From Oscillospiraceae bacterium (lineage in GTDB: Bacteria > Bacillota > Clostridia > Oscillospirales > CAG-272), in assembly GCA_015064805.1 (NCBI GenBank), contig SVRN01000009.1, forward strand, positions 2,614-66,613: a stretch of DNA of 64,000 nucleotides. Direction: 5' to 3'. The notes beneath the pieces are model-generated. The model was not told the DNA's origin. It saw nothing but the letters and a program-made list of their open reading frames with translations, and did no database searches. Positions 1-12,024 of this stretch are shown piece by piece. The translations under genes were made by a program, and so were the position numbers. Numbering within the stretch: position 1 is the first letter of the stretch; the number at the start of each line of letters is the position of its first letter.

Positions 1-678
1 ACCCTTGACGTATTCCATCAGCTCGGGAACGGTACAATCGGGGTGATCCATGCGGAAAATGGTCGCGTCGACGACCTCGCCCAGGTTATGGGGCGGGATA
101 TTGGTCGCCATACCGACGGCGATACCGATGGCGCCGTTGACCAGCAGATTGGGAAAACGGGCGGGGAGGACTGTCGGCTCGTCCAGACGGTTATCAAAGT
201 TCTTGGTCATCTTGACCACGTTTTTGTCGATGTCACGAAGCAATTCGTCCGCAATCTTTGACATTCTTGCCTCGGTGTAACGGTAAGCGGCCGCGCCGTC
301 ACCGTCGACGGAACCGAAGTTACCCTGACCCTCTACCAGCGGATAGCGGTAGGAGAAATCCTGCGCCATACGAACCATGGTGCCGTAAACAGCGCTGTCA
401 CCGTGGGGGTGATAGCGACCGAGCACGTTACCGACGGTGGTTGCCGACTTACGGAAGGGCTTGGAGTGGGTCAGGCCGTCCTCGTACATGGCGTACATGA
501 TACGGCGCTGACCGGGCTTCATGCCGTCGCGGACGTCGGGCAGAGCGCGGGAGATGATGACCGACATGGAGTATTCGATGAAGGATTTTTTGACTTCCTT
601 CTCCATGGGGATGGGGATGATCTTCTGATCGGGGAATTCGATGCTTTCGTTTTCGTGTTTTTTATCAAAGGGTTTCAA
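1..678 (-). CDS. gyrA: DNA gyrase subunit A, N-terminal 226 codons (gene runs off the window start)
   Basis: Absent from the ORF track because it is truncated. My minus-strand translation reads (TTG)[63 protein letters not shown]...[12 protein letters not shown]...[11 protein letters not shown], a canonical GyrA N-terminus with the active-site Tyr region. AAAGGA lies about 10 nt upstream of the TTG at 678-676. Confidence 0.9.
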   Translation of the reverse strand, partial: MKPFDKKHENESIEFPDQKIIPIPMEKEVKKSFIEYSMSVIISRALPDVRDGMKPGQRRIMYAMYEDGLTHSKPFRKSATTVGNVLGRYHPHGDSAVYGTMVRMAQDFSYRYPLVEGQGNFGSVDGDGAAAYRYTEARMSKIADELLRDIDKNVVKMTKNFDNRLDEPTVLPARFPNLLVNGAIGIAVGMATNIPPHNLGEVVDATIFRMDHPDCTVPELMEYVKG

Positions 679-734
679 TGGTCAAATGTCCTTTCTTCTT
701 TGATATTTATGGGGGATAGATTTATTTTTTAACG

Positions 735-1281
735 GATTGCGTAGCCGGACGCGCGTACAGCTTCGCGCCGCGCTGTGCCGGTTTTTTTATGCCACTTCTT
801 GGCGCGTCCCAAGAAGTGGCCAAGAAAGACGCCAAGACGTTCCCTCTTGGAACTCCCTTTCCGTGCCGCGCTACAAAGTGGAACAGGAGAAAGACATATA
901 ATTTTATTATACATCTCTCGTCATTTTGCCACCACGCGCGGCAGGAGGAGAAAATAAAATCGTTTTTGTTTGAAATTTTTTGATTATTGGGTGCGTTGCA
1001 GGGAGCAAAAAATTGTTGCTAACTTGCTTGCGTGTCACTTACGTGAGTGCGGCTTTTTTTAAGCCGCGCTCGCAAGCGCTGAACATAAAAGACTTCGCGC
1101 CACAATCAGAAAAACTTTAGTTTTTCGTGGCGCGTTGCGGGGTTCTAAGGGGTATTAGACCCCTTAGTCCTCTTTCTTGGTTCGTTCTTTCTCAAATGAG
1201 AAAGAATGAACATCAAACCCGCACAGCGCGGCGCGCAGCTGTACGCGCGTCTGTAGGAGAAACTGTATAAAATTTAGTTTT
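735..1281 (+). repeat. hairpin-mosaic element (HME) copy 1
   Basis: Inverted arms 747-781 and 1218-1251 match at 32 of 34 positions. Contains the C hairpin 791-820, the G block TTGCCACCACGCGCGGCAGG and the K hairpin CTAAGGGGTATTAGACCCCTTAG. Confidence 0.85.
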
Positions 1282-1774
1282 TCCTTCTAAAATACTTCAC
1301 CGCCGCAGGAATATACACGATCAGCGATCCGATCAGCCCTGCCAGCAGAACGGCAAACAGATGAACGAAGCTCTTTTCGCATATTGCCCGCCATGCGCCC
1401 AGCACCAGATACGCGGGAATGGTCATGATAACGTAGGTCAGCGGATGGTCGTGAAGCCGCTTGGCGGCAAGCGCTGCGTATACCGCGATGCCAAAGAAGA
1501 TAAGCGGCAAGAGTGATATACCAACGCCCGTCAGCGCGTCCAAAATCAAGCCGCCGACCATGCCGAGAATACCCCCGACGATGGGCCCGCGCTTCCAGCC
1601 GATCAGCAGTATCAAAGCCGCCGTCAACTCGACCGTCGCGCCAAAAACAGGGATATAGGACAAAAAGCTCGCTTGCAAAATAGCAAACAGCCAGACAAGC
1701 AAAACGAACAGCACCCAGCCAAGGGGCGTCGGCGGCTCGTGTGTCAGTCGATGATCTCGGATCTCATGATCCAT
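1274..1774 (-). CDS. mreD: rod shape-determining protein MreD-like membrane protein
   Basis: 166-aa polytopic hydrophobic ORF overlapping the mreC stop by 11 nt. The call rests on size, hydrophobicity and mreC linkage. Confidence 0.7.
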   Translation of the reverse strand: MDHEIRDHRLTHEPPTPLGWVLFVLLVWLFAILQASFLSYIPVFGATVELTAALILLIGWKRGPIVGGILGMVGGLILDALTGVGISLLPLIFFGIAVYAALAAKRLHDHPLTYVIMTIPAYLVLGAWRAICEKSFVHLFAVLLAGLIGSLIVYIPAAVKYFRRKN

Positions 1775-2696
1775 CGCCGCTCACCTCCCCGCTTGCCTGA
1801 TCGGAGTTTTTATCGTTTTGCTCGGTGTTGCCCGAGTCATCGTTTTCCGTTTCATTTTCATTTTTCTCGCCCGTGACGATCATCAGCGTCGCCGTCGAGG
1901 AGTAATCCGCGTACAGCCGTACGTACGCGTAGGGCGATCGATCGTACGAATCTACCCCAATCTCGACGATCTCACCGATGAGAAGACCGTGGGGATATTT
2001 TTCACCGTATCCGCTGGTCACGATCACGTCGCCGACCTGCAAGGCCGTTTGGTGATCCACGTTGGCGTCCAGATATTGCAGCTTGGCGTGCGTCTGACCC
2101 GCCTGAAGGCCGCACAGCGTACCGTTGATGCCCGAGCGAACGACCGTCGCGCCGATGAACAGCGTTTCTTCCTTGAGCGTCGTGACCTTGCAGGTCGAGG
2201 CGGAGACCTCACTGACCGTGCCGTACAGTCCTCCTGCGCTCAAGACGGGCATGCCAACGGCAATACCGTGGCGGCTTCCCTTGTTCAGCGTGACCGTCCG
2301 ACCCGATGGGTCGTTGTTGTAAATGATGCTCGCGTCAGTCAACGCAAGGGTGGGCTGCTTATCTTTCAGCTCGAGATATTCACGCAGCTGGTCGTTTTCT
2401 TGCTTCAGCTGTTCCAGCGCGGCGAGCTGTTCGCGCAGGGCGGCAAGCTCTTGATTGGCATCGTTGAGCTGTTGTTGTAATTTTTCATAATCGTCACCGC
2501 TTGCCAGCGCGTCGGAGGCGCTTTTTCCTGCCGCGCTGAACAATTTCGTCAGGGGGGAGGAGATGGTGGTGATGGTATTGCGGATGAAGTCCTTGGTGCT
2601 CGTGAGAGATAGGATGGTGGGGATGAGGCAAAGGAGCAGGGCAATGCAGGTGCAGAGGATCAATTGTTTTTTTAAGGATGGTTTTTTTCGACGCAT
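1764..2696 (-). CDS. mreC: rod shape-determining protein MreC
   Basis: N-terminal TM segment, a coiled coil (QQQLNDANQELAALREQLAALEQLKQENDQLREYLELK), then an MreC beta-domain (GMPVLSAGGLYGTVSEV...GDVIVTSGYGEKYPHGLLIGEIVEI). Start moved to ATG 2696 (MRRKKPSL) behind AAAGGAG. The longer ORF-track start lies in repeat DNA. Confidence 0.85.
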   Translation of the reverse strand: MRRKKPSLKKQLILCTCIALLLCLIPTILSLTSTKDFIRNTITTISSPLTKLFSAAGKSASDALASGDDYEKLQQQLNDANQELAALREQLAALEQLKQENDQLREYLELKDKQPTLALTDASIIYNNDPSGRTVTLNKGSRHGIAVGMPVLSAGGLYGTVSEVSASTCKVTTLKEETLFIGATVVRSGINGTLCGLQAGQTHAKLQYLDANVDHQTALQVGDVIVTSGYGEKYPHGLLIGEIVEIGVDSYDRSPYAYVRLYADYSSTATLMIVTGEKNENETENDDSGNTEQNDKNSDQASGEVSGDGS

Positions 2697-2730
2697 TGGA
2701 GCTCCTTTCTTTTTTATTTTGACGAGAATA

Positions 2731-3228
2731 AAATTTAAATTTATACAATAGTTTCTACGGACGATCATACTGCGAGCCTTCGGCTCGCGCTGATCTGTAC
2801 CGGTAATTGATGTTCATTCTTTGCCACGCGGCAAAGAACGAACCAAGAAAACGCGCCCGGACGTTCCCTCCGGGGCCTCCCTTTCCGTGCCGCTCTTCAA
2901 AGAGTAGCAGGAGAAAAACATAAAATATTCTAATGCATCTCCCGCCACGCAGATACCACGAGCGGCAGATATGGGGAGCAAGAAGTTTTGCGGGTTTCTT
3001 AAGGGCATTAGGCCCCGAATGAAATTTTGCGTTCTATGGGAAGAATTTTGCTTTGCAAAATTCTTCGAGGTGGGCAAACTGAACTTTAGAAGTATCGTTG
3101 TCACGAAAGCCCACCATATCTTCGCCTATTCTTTGCGGCAAGGCAAAGAATGGGCATCAAATGCGATACAGCGCGGCGCGAAGCTGTACGCGCGTCTGTA
3201 GGAGAAGACGTAGAAAATTTAGTTTTCC
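2731..3228 (+). repeat. HME copy 2 (short variant)
   Basis: Same end, C and D modules (CTACGG..., GTTCATTCTTTGCCACGCGGCAAAGAACGAAC, CCCGGACGTTCCCTCCGGG) and the same right end ...CTGTACGCGCGTCTGTAGGAG. Confidence 0.8.
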
Positions 3229-3532
3229 TTTTCTCTCCCCGCTTTGCCACCACGAGCGGCAGATATGGGGAGCAAAAAGTTGTAACAATTCTATTTTTGT
3301 GGAGCGTAATGGGTAGGGGGACGGAGTAAATCTGCGGAGCAGATTTATGCCGAGCGTAAGCGAGGAGAGGGCCCCATGAGCTCGCGGGAGCTATGGTTTG
3401 GAATAGCGTATTCCTTTCCCCTTACAAAGAAAGGAGTAGTCGCAAGGGCGAACATTTCTATTCCCTTTTTATTAAAGTTTTTGAGGGGTGCAGGGGAACT
3501 TTTTTCAAAAAGTTCCCTTGCGCGTCCTTTTT
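3229..3532. repeat. HME-related tail element T1, directly 3' of gyrB
   Basis: Shares four ordered blocks with 10040-10330: CCACCACGAGCGGCAG, AATTCTA..TTGTGGAGCG, AGTCGCAAGGGCGA.CATTTCTATT, and AAAGTTTTTGA plus the palindrome GGAACTTTTTTCAAAAAGTTCC. Confidence 0.7.
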
Positions 3533-6189
<2,657 letters not shown>

Positions 6190-6438
6190 TTATTCCTCAC
6201 ATCTTCCCAACAACGCCGTTGACGAAAGCTGGGAAAAGCAAATTTTGTTATTTTCATCTTCTTGATACAAAACAAACGCACGGGGCAATTCCTCGCATGC
6301 GGCACTCACCTCGCCGCGGGTCTCGGCCTTGGCCAGATACTGCCGCGTGGTGCGCGAGATGGTCGCGTTGTCAATATCAAAAATACCGATGATCTTCTTT
6401 TGTCGAATATTTTTATTGCTCCCTACGTGCAGATACAT
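6190..6438 (-). CDS. remB: DUF370 / RemB(YaaB)-like small protein
   Basis: 82 aa, IIGIFDIDNATISRTTRQYL motif, and the conserved position between recF and gyrB seen in Bacillota. Confidence 0.7.
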   Translation of the reverse strand: MYLHVGSNKNIRQKKIIGIFDIDNATISRTTRQYLAKAETRGEVSAACEELPRAFVLYQEDENNKICFSQLSSTALLGRCEE

Positions 6439-6458
6439 AATTTCTCCTTGAAAATCGA

Positions 6459-7586
6459 TTAAAGAGGGCTGAACGTCCCGTTTTGAACCCTGATCACGTT
6501 CGCCTCACCCAGTCGCTTCATCTCACTCGGCTCGCAGGTGGTCAGAATCACCTGCTTGTCGTGAATGCGGCTCGTCAGATAGTCCCGCCGACGCACGTCC
6601 AGCTCGCTGAGCACGTCGTCAAACAAATACACGGGATGCTCCGAGCAGCTCTCGCGGCAGATCTCGCCCTCGGACAGCTTCATAGCCAACGCAAGCGAGC
6701 GCTGTTGCCCCTGAGAGGCGAAAAGACGGGCACAGACGCCGTTGAGCGTGATATCGATGTCGTCACGGTGGATGCCCCACAACGTGTAACCTGCGCCAAT
6801 CTCGCGGGCGTGAGAGGTCGTTAACAGCTCAAGAAAGGCTTTTTCCGTTTTGGCGCTGTCAAGATAGTCCTCCTCGTTCGGCAGGTGCGCCGTGCCAACG
6901 TAGGTAAACCCGGGCACTTCGCCACCGCCCGTCATGTCGGAAAACACGACCGACGCGGACTCTCTCATTTTTTGAATATATTGCACGCGGTAGCGGGCGA
7001 TGATCGCCCCCTCGCGCGCCAGCTGCTCCGACCAGACGTCGATGGTGTCCTCCATGACGCGGCGGGCGCTTTCGTTCTCGGACGCCTCCTTGAGCAGTCG
7101 GTTGCGCTCCTTTAAAATTTTGTTGTAACGTGACAGCGCCGACATATAGACCGGCTTGAGCTGGGATATGGCGACGTCAAGAAAATTTCGCCGCAGCTCG
7201 GGCCCGCTTTTGATGATGGACAAATGCTCGGGACAAAACAGCACCACGCGCAGCCCGCCGATCAGCTCGGACATTTTGGCTACGGGCAGACCGTTCTGCT
7301 CCATCTTGCGCCGCCGGCCCGCCATCAACGTGGCAGTCAGCCTCATATCGCGGATGTGATCGCAATAGTCCAGCGCGATCGTCGCCTTGTCCTCTCCAAA
7401 ACGGATCAGATCCGCGTCGCGCGCCCCGCGAAAGCTCTTGCCAATGGCCATCAGCGAGATTGCCTCAAGCAGATTGGTCTTTCCCTGGGCGTTGTCGCCC
7501 AGCAAAAGATTGACACCCGGGCCAAAGTCTACCTCGGCCCGCTCTATATTGCGAAAATTCTCAACCTTTATTTTTTTGCATTGCAT
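6459..7586 (-). CDS. recF: DNA replication and repair protein RecF
   Basis: Walker A GDNAQGKTNLLEA, signature SQGQQRSLALAMKL, Walker B LFDDVLSELD. Lies in dnaN-recF-gyrB synteny. Confidence 0.95.
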   Translation of the reverse strand: MQCKKIKVENFRNIERAEVDFGPGVNLLLGDNAQGKTNLLEAISLMAIGKSFRGARDADLIRFGEDKATIALDYCDHIRDMRLTATLMAGRRRKMEQNGLPVAKMSELIGGLRVVLFCPEHLSIIKSGPELRRNFLDVAISQLKPVYMSALSRYNKILKERNRLLKEASENESARRVMEDTIDVWSEQLAREGAIIARYRVQYIQKMRESASVVFSDMTGGGEVPGFTYVGTAHLPNEEDYLDSAKTEKAFLELLTTSHAREIGAGYTLWGIHRDDIDITLNGVCARLFASQGQQRSLALAMKLSEGEICRESCSEHPVYLFDDVLSELDVRRRDYLTSRIHDKQVILTTCEPSEMKRLGEANVIRVQNGTFSPL

Positions 7587-7599
7587 AGATCCGCTACGA

Positions 7600-8751
7600 T
7601 CATTCCTTCATGCGGACGGGCAGAAGGAAGAACAGCTCGCTGTGATCGTCGGACTTTTCAACAGGCTCAATATTGATCGACGTCAGAGCCGAGGTCAGGC
7701 TGATCTTGACTCTGTCGGCCGTGCAGGAGCGGAGCGAGTCGATCAGATAGCGGTTATTGAAGGCAATGACCAGATCGTCACCCTCGTGCTCGATGGGTAA
7801 TTCGTCGTAGGTGCTGCCTGCGGTGCTGTTGGCAAAGATCTTGAGCAGATCGCCCTCAATCTGCAGCTTGACGTGCGAGCGGACGCTTCCTGCAATCTTT
7901 TCCTCGGTGATCAGCGCGGCACGATCCAGCGCGGACAGAAGCGCGTTTTTATCCACCTCAATACCGATGCGGTGAGAGGACAAAATGACGTGATCGTATT
8001 CAATGTAATCGCCATCGATCAGGCAAGAGAAGAAATTCAGATCTCCCAGTTTCATGAGAATATTCTTTCTGCTGACGAAAATTCTTGCATCCTCTTCCTC
8101 GCTGTCAAGCAGCATTCTCTGCAGCTCTCCGACCGTCTTGACGGGAACGATAAAGGAATAGTTCATGGGCACGCCGTCGTCACCCGCGTTGGTCATCTCG
8201 GTCGAAATGGCGCACTTTGCCAGACGGAAGCCGTCACAAGCGACCGTGAGCAGATTATCCTCAACGATCTTGAAGTAACAACCGTTGAGCACGGGACGCT
8301 GATCGTTGACGCCCATGGCGTGCGAGACCTTGGAAATCATCTTTTTGAGCACGGCCTGATTAACGACGAAGCCCTTGTTTCCAAGAATGCGGGGGATTTC
8401 GGGAAAATCGGAGCCGCGCAGAGCGTTCATTTTATGGGTAGACTTACCTGCCTCGAATGTAGCGGTCAGCTTATCGTCTACCGTCAGCGTGACCTCGTCG
8501 CCGTCCATGACCTTGACGGTCTGATTGAACTTTTGAGCGTTGATAACGTAGCTACCGCCCTCGATAACCTCGGGGTGAATGGTGATCTGGACGCCCATTT
8601 TCAGATCATAGGTAGTCAGGGTGCAAGTATCGGGCTCGACGGCCTCGATCAGGATGCCTTCGATGGCGGGGACGGTGGATTTGTTGGAGACGGCACACAT
8701 CAAGGGGGCGATGGCTTCGCTGATGCTTTGGCGGTTAAATACGATTTTCAT
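7600..8751 (-). CDS. dnaN: DNA polymerase III beta sliding clamp
   Basis: 383 aa with a three-domain clamp pattern, immediately downstream of dnaA/oriC. N-terminus MKIVFNRQSISEAIAPLMCAVSNKSTVPAIEGILIEA is typical. Confidence 0.95.
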   Translation of the reverse strand: MKIVFNRQSISEAIAPLMCAVSNKSTVPAIEGILIEAVEPDTCTLTTYDLKMGVQITIHPEVIEGGSYVINAQKFNQTVKVMDGDEVTLTVDDKLTATFEAGKSTHKMNALRGSDFPEIPRILGNKGFVVNQAVLKKMISKVSHAMGVNDQRPVLNGCYFKIVEDNLLTVACDGFRLAKCAISTEMTNAGDDGVPMNYSFIVPVKTVGELQRMLLDSEEEDARIFVSRKNILMKLGDLNFFSCLIDGDYIEYDHVILSSHRIGIEVDKNALLSALDRAALITEEKIAGSVRSHVKLQIEGDLLKIFANSTAGSTYDELPIEHEGDDLVIAFNNRYLIDSLRSCTADRVKISLTSALTSINIEPVEKSDDHSELFFLLPVRMKE

Positions 8752-8815
8752 TTTTTAAGTCCTCCGAAATTTTAAAATTTGGATGTATGTGGAATATTTT
8801 TTGATTACAAAGGGA

Positions 8816-9533
8816 TGGATGGAATTTTAAACTACTTCTTCTACGGACGATCATACTGCGAGCCTTCGGCTCGCGCTGATCTGTACCGGTTTTTAGATGT
8901 TCATTCTTTGCCACGCGGCAAAGAACGAACCAAGAAAACGCGCCCAGGCGTTCCCCCTGGGAACCCCCTTTCCGTGCCGCGCTACAAACAAGAACAAGAG
9001 AGATCACATATTATGTTTTAATGCCATTCTTCAAGTGTAGCCACCACGCGCGGCAGGCAGAGAGAGCAAGAACGTTTTGCTTTCTTGGTAGGGGCTGGCG
9101 CCTCGACAGCCCGTTTTGGTGACAGACGAAGAAACAAAATCGTTTTCGTTTGAACTTTAGTTAAAAATGGGGTGCGTCGCAGTTAGCAAAAACTTTTTGC
9201 TTTTATGCTTGCGTGCGTCTTTCGTGTTGGTGTTTTTCTTTAAAACACCAACGCAAAGGCTGAAGATGTTTGTTTTCGCGCCACTATCAGAAAAATCTGT
9301 GATTTTTCGTGGCGCGTTGCGGGTTTCCAAAGGGCATTAGGCCCTTTGGCGCGTTTCTTCCGCCACTTCTTGCCGCATAGCAAGAAGTGGCACAAAGCCG
9401 CACAGCGCGAAGCCATATTTCGCAAGCGAAATAGCAAGTTTTGCTCGCCCGCTAAACACGGGCGTCATGCAAGCATGAACACAAAACTAGCTGTACGCGC
9501 GTCAATAGGAGCAGTTTCAAAAATTTTCAATAC
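8816..9533 (+). repeat. HME copy 4 (between the dnaN start and oriC), with an 81-bp Y module inside its right arm
   Basis: Near-identical to copy 3 over most of its length. Carries extra sequence at 9410-9490. Confidence 0.85.
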
Positions 9534-9599
9534 AATTTTTTTCCTACCCTCACCCTCTTGAAAGAAAGAATTGAAAGAATGAATTTAGTAGTATTAATA

Positions 9600-10035
9600 G
9601 TAGGCCCTGTTGATTATGTGGAAAGTCAAATTTTCCTTATACTTCAACACTTTTTCTGCCATTGATCCCATATTTTCCCGTTGAAAACCATACTTGTTTT
9701 CTGTGGATTAAAATTGGAAAACCAAACGAGAAAAATCGACTTTAGAAAAAGCGGCTCGAAAAAGTGAATGTTTCGCTTGAAAATGAGAAGAAAAAGTGCC
9801 AACTGTGGATTATTTTGTCGCCTTGTGCTGTGGAAAAGTAAACCAAACATACGACACGCGACAGCGACATTTCAAGGTTATACGCACCGTGTGGGAAAAT
9901 GAACAGACAGGGCAAGAGTATTGCGGTGCAAGGAAAATATTTGAAATCGATTGTAACTGTAAAATTCGTTTTGTTGGGAAAATTGAAGTTTTGATAAGTC
10001 TGTGGAAAAGTGTGTGGAAACTGTGGAAAAAGTGG
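9600..10035. promoter_or_regulatory. oriC DnaA-box cluster (dnaA-dnaN intergenic)
   Basis: At least eight same-orientation boxes in AT-rich DNA: TGTGGATTA at 9702 and 9804; TGTGGAAA(A/C/G) at 9617, 9829, 10001, 10013 and 10022; TGTGGGAAA at 9890. The consensus is TGTGGATAA (reverse complement TTATCCACA). Confidence 0.75.
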
Positions 10036-10039
10036 GGGA

Positions 10040-10330
10040 AATTTGATTGTTAATAACTTCTCCTACGGTTTGGCGCGCCACCACGAGCGGCAGGCGTGGA
10101 AAAACTAAATTTGTTAAAGCAATTCTAATATTGTGGAGCGGATGGGGAGGGGGCCCCAGAAGCTTGCGGCAGCTATTCTGTCGAACAGAGCACGCTCTTC
10201 CTCTTACAGAGTCAGAAGAAGTCGCAAGGGCGAGCATTTCTATTTTTTCTTTGAAAGTTTTTGAAGGGTTGTAGGGAAACTTTTTTCAAAAAGTTTCCCT
10301 AACGCGCTCTCGCGCCCCTCGCGCCCTTCG
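10040..10330. repeat. HME-related tail element T2, directly 3' of dnaA
   Basis: See T1. It ends in TGTAGGGAAACTTTTTTCAAAAAGTTTCCCT, which is GTAG followed by a palindrome. Confidence 0.7.
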
Positions 10331-10337
10331 TTCCCTC

Positions 10338-11738
10338 TCACTGTCCCGTGATTTCCTTTTTCATTTCATCCAGCTCGAGCGAGAATATATTATCCGCCTG
10401 GATCTTACGCTCGACGGCGTCGATGGAGGACATAATGGTCGAGTGGTTGCGATTGAAGATTTTACCGATATTTGGGAAGGACATATCGGTGATCTCGCGG
10501 AGAAGATAGATGGAAACGTGGCGTGCCCAGGCAACCTCCTTGTTGCGGCGCTCGCCCACGATATCCTCGCGCTTGATGCCGTACTTTTTGAACACGGCGG
10601 CAAAGATCTTGTCCACCGTTACGTTAACGGGCTCGGCACCGCCTAAAAGCTCGGAAATGCAGGACTTGGCCAGATCCATATTCAGCTCCTTACCCGACAG
10701 GAAAATGAGCGCGCCCAGCTTTTTGATGGCACCCTCGATCTGACGGATGTTGGAGCGCAGGTTTTCAGCAAGAAACATCAGCACGTCGTCAGGCAGATGA
10801 ATGTTGACCTGCTCGGCCTTTTTCTTGATAATGGCAATACGCAGCTCAAGATCGGGCGGCTGAATATCGGCGATCAGACCCCACTCAAAGCGGGTGCGCA
10901 GACGATCCTCCAGCGTTTTGATGTCACGCGGCGGACGGTCGGAGGTCAGAATGATCTGCTTGTGCTCCTCAAAGAGCGAATTGAAGGTGTGGAAAAATTC
11001 CTCCTGCGTTGACTCCTTGCCCGCGATAAACTGAATATCGTCGATGAGAAGCACGTCGCATTTGCGGTATTTTTCACGGAAATGCTGGGGGGAATGACTG
11101 GTCAGCGATTCAACCAACTGATTGGTGAAATCGTCACCCTTAACGTAAATGATGTTGATGTTGGGATTGTTCTTTTTGAGCTCGTTGATGATCGCGTACA
11201 TCAGGTGCGTCTTGCCAAGACCGCTCTGTCCGTAAATAAACAGAGGGTTGTAATTCATAGCAGGACGATCGGCAACGGCTACGCAAGCGGCGTGAGCAAA
11301 TTTGTTGGACGCGCCGATGATGAAATTATCAAACGTATATTCAAACGTATATCCTGCCGTAGCGGGTGCGCCCTGCGCTTTGGGTGCGCTCTCGCTTATG
11401 TAATTGCTTTTTTCCTCGGACACGGGTACCGCCGGCTGCTCCAGCGTGTCAATAACGGATTGCACGTCAGCTCGCTTGCCGTTGAATACGATCTCAACGT
11501 CAATATCAAAGCCAAGGAGATCGCAAAAGCCCTTTTTGATGTCATTCAAATGGCGATTTTTGATGACGCCCAGCTTGAATTCGGAGTTGGTTGAAAGGGT
11601 GATGGTATTATTTTCAAAGGCAATGACGCTCAGCTCGCCAAACCAGAGATCGACCGTTTCGCGGCTGAGTCTGGAATGAAAGGAATCGCGTACCATTTTC
11701 CAAATATCGGAGATTTCGTCAAGATAGGAATTAGACAT
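10338..11738 (-). CDS. dnaA: chromosomal replication initiator DnaA
   Basis: AAA+ Walker A GQSGLGKTHLMYA, Walker B LLIDDIQF, and the C-terminal DNA-binding signature (RNKEVAWARHVSIYLLREITDMSFPNIGKIFNRNHSTIMSSI). Confidence 0.97.
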   Translation of the reverse strand: MSNSYLDEISDIWKMVRDSFHSRLSRETVDLWFGELSVIAFENNTITLSTNSEFKLGVIKNRHLNDIKKGFCDLLGFDIDVEIVFNGKRADVQSVIDTLEQPAVPVSEEKSNYISESAPKAQGAPATAGYTFEYTFDNFIIGASNKFAHAACVAVADRPAMNYNPLFIYGQSGLGKTHLMYAIINELKKNNPNINIIYVKGDDFTNQLVESLTSHSPQHFREKYRKCDVLLIDDIQFIAGKESTQEEFFHTFNSLFEEHKQIILTSDRPPRDIKTLEDRLRTRFEWGLIADIQPPDLELRIAIIKKKAEQVNIHLPDDVLMFLAENLRSNIRQIEGAIKKLGALIFLSGKELNMDLAKSCISELLGGAEPVNVTVDKIFAAVFKKYGIKREDIVGERRNKEVAWARHVSIYLLREITDMSFPNIGKIFNRNHSTIMSSIDAVERKIQADNIFSLELDEMKKEITGQ

Positions 11739-11962
11739 GAAATTTTGACCTCCTTATATCGTTTCAAGAGTGCTTTTTTAGAGAAAACGGCTCTCTTTGG
11801 CACTCGTTTTGGGCATAATTATAATAATATATAATATTATATCATATTATCGGCAAAATTACAAGAGAAAAGCCGCGATTTATATTAATTTTTTTAGGTT
11901 TTTTGTACGTCGTGCGACAGCGCGTAAAATATGATTTTTTAAGGTATCGGGCGCCAAAAAAC

Positions 11963-11990
11963 TTGACAAAATCAAAATTGGGTTTATAAT
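11963..11990 (+). promoter_or_regulatory. sigma-A-type promoter for copA
   Basis: TTGACA, 16-nt spacer, TATAAT. Confidence 0.6.
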
Positions 11991-12024
11991 TAAAGATACA
12001 ATCCTTAATTTTATTGGAGATCGT

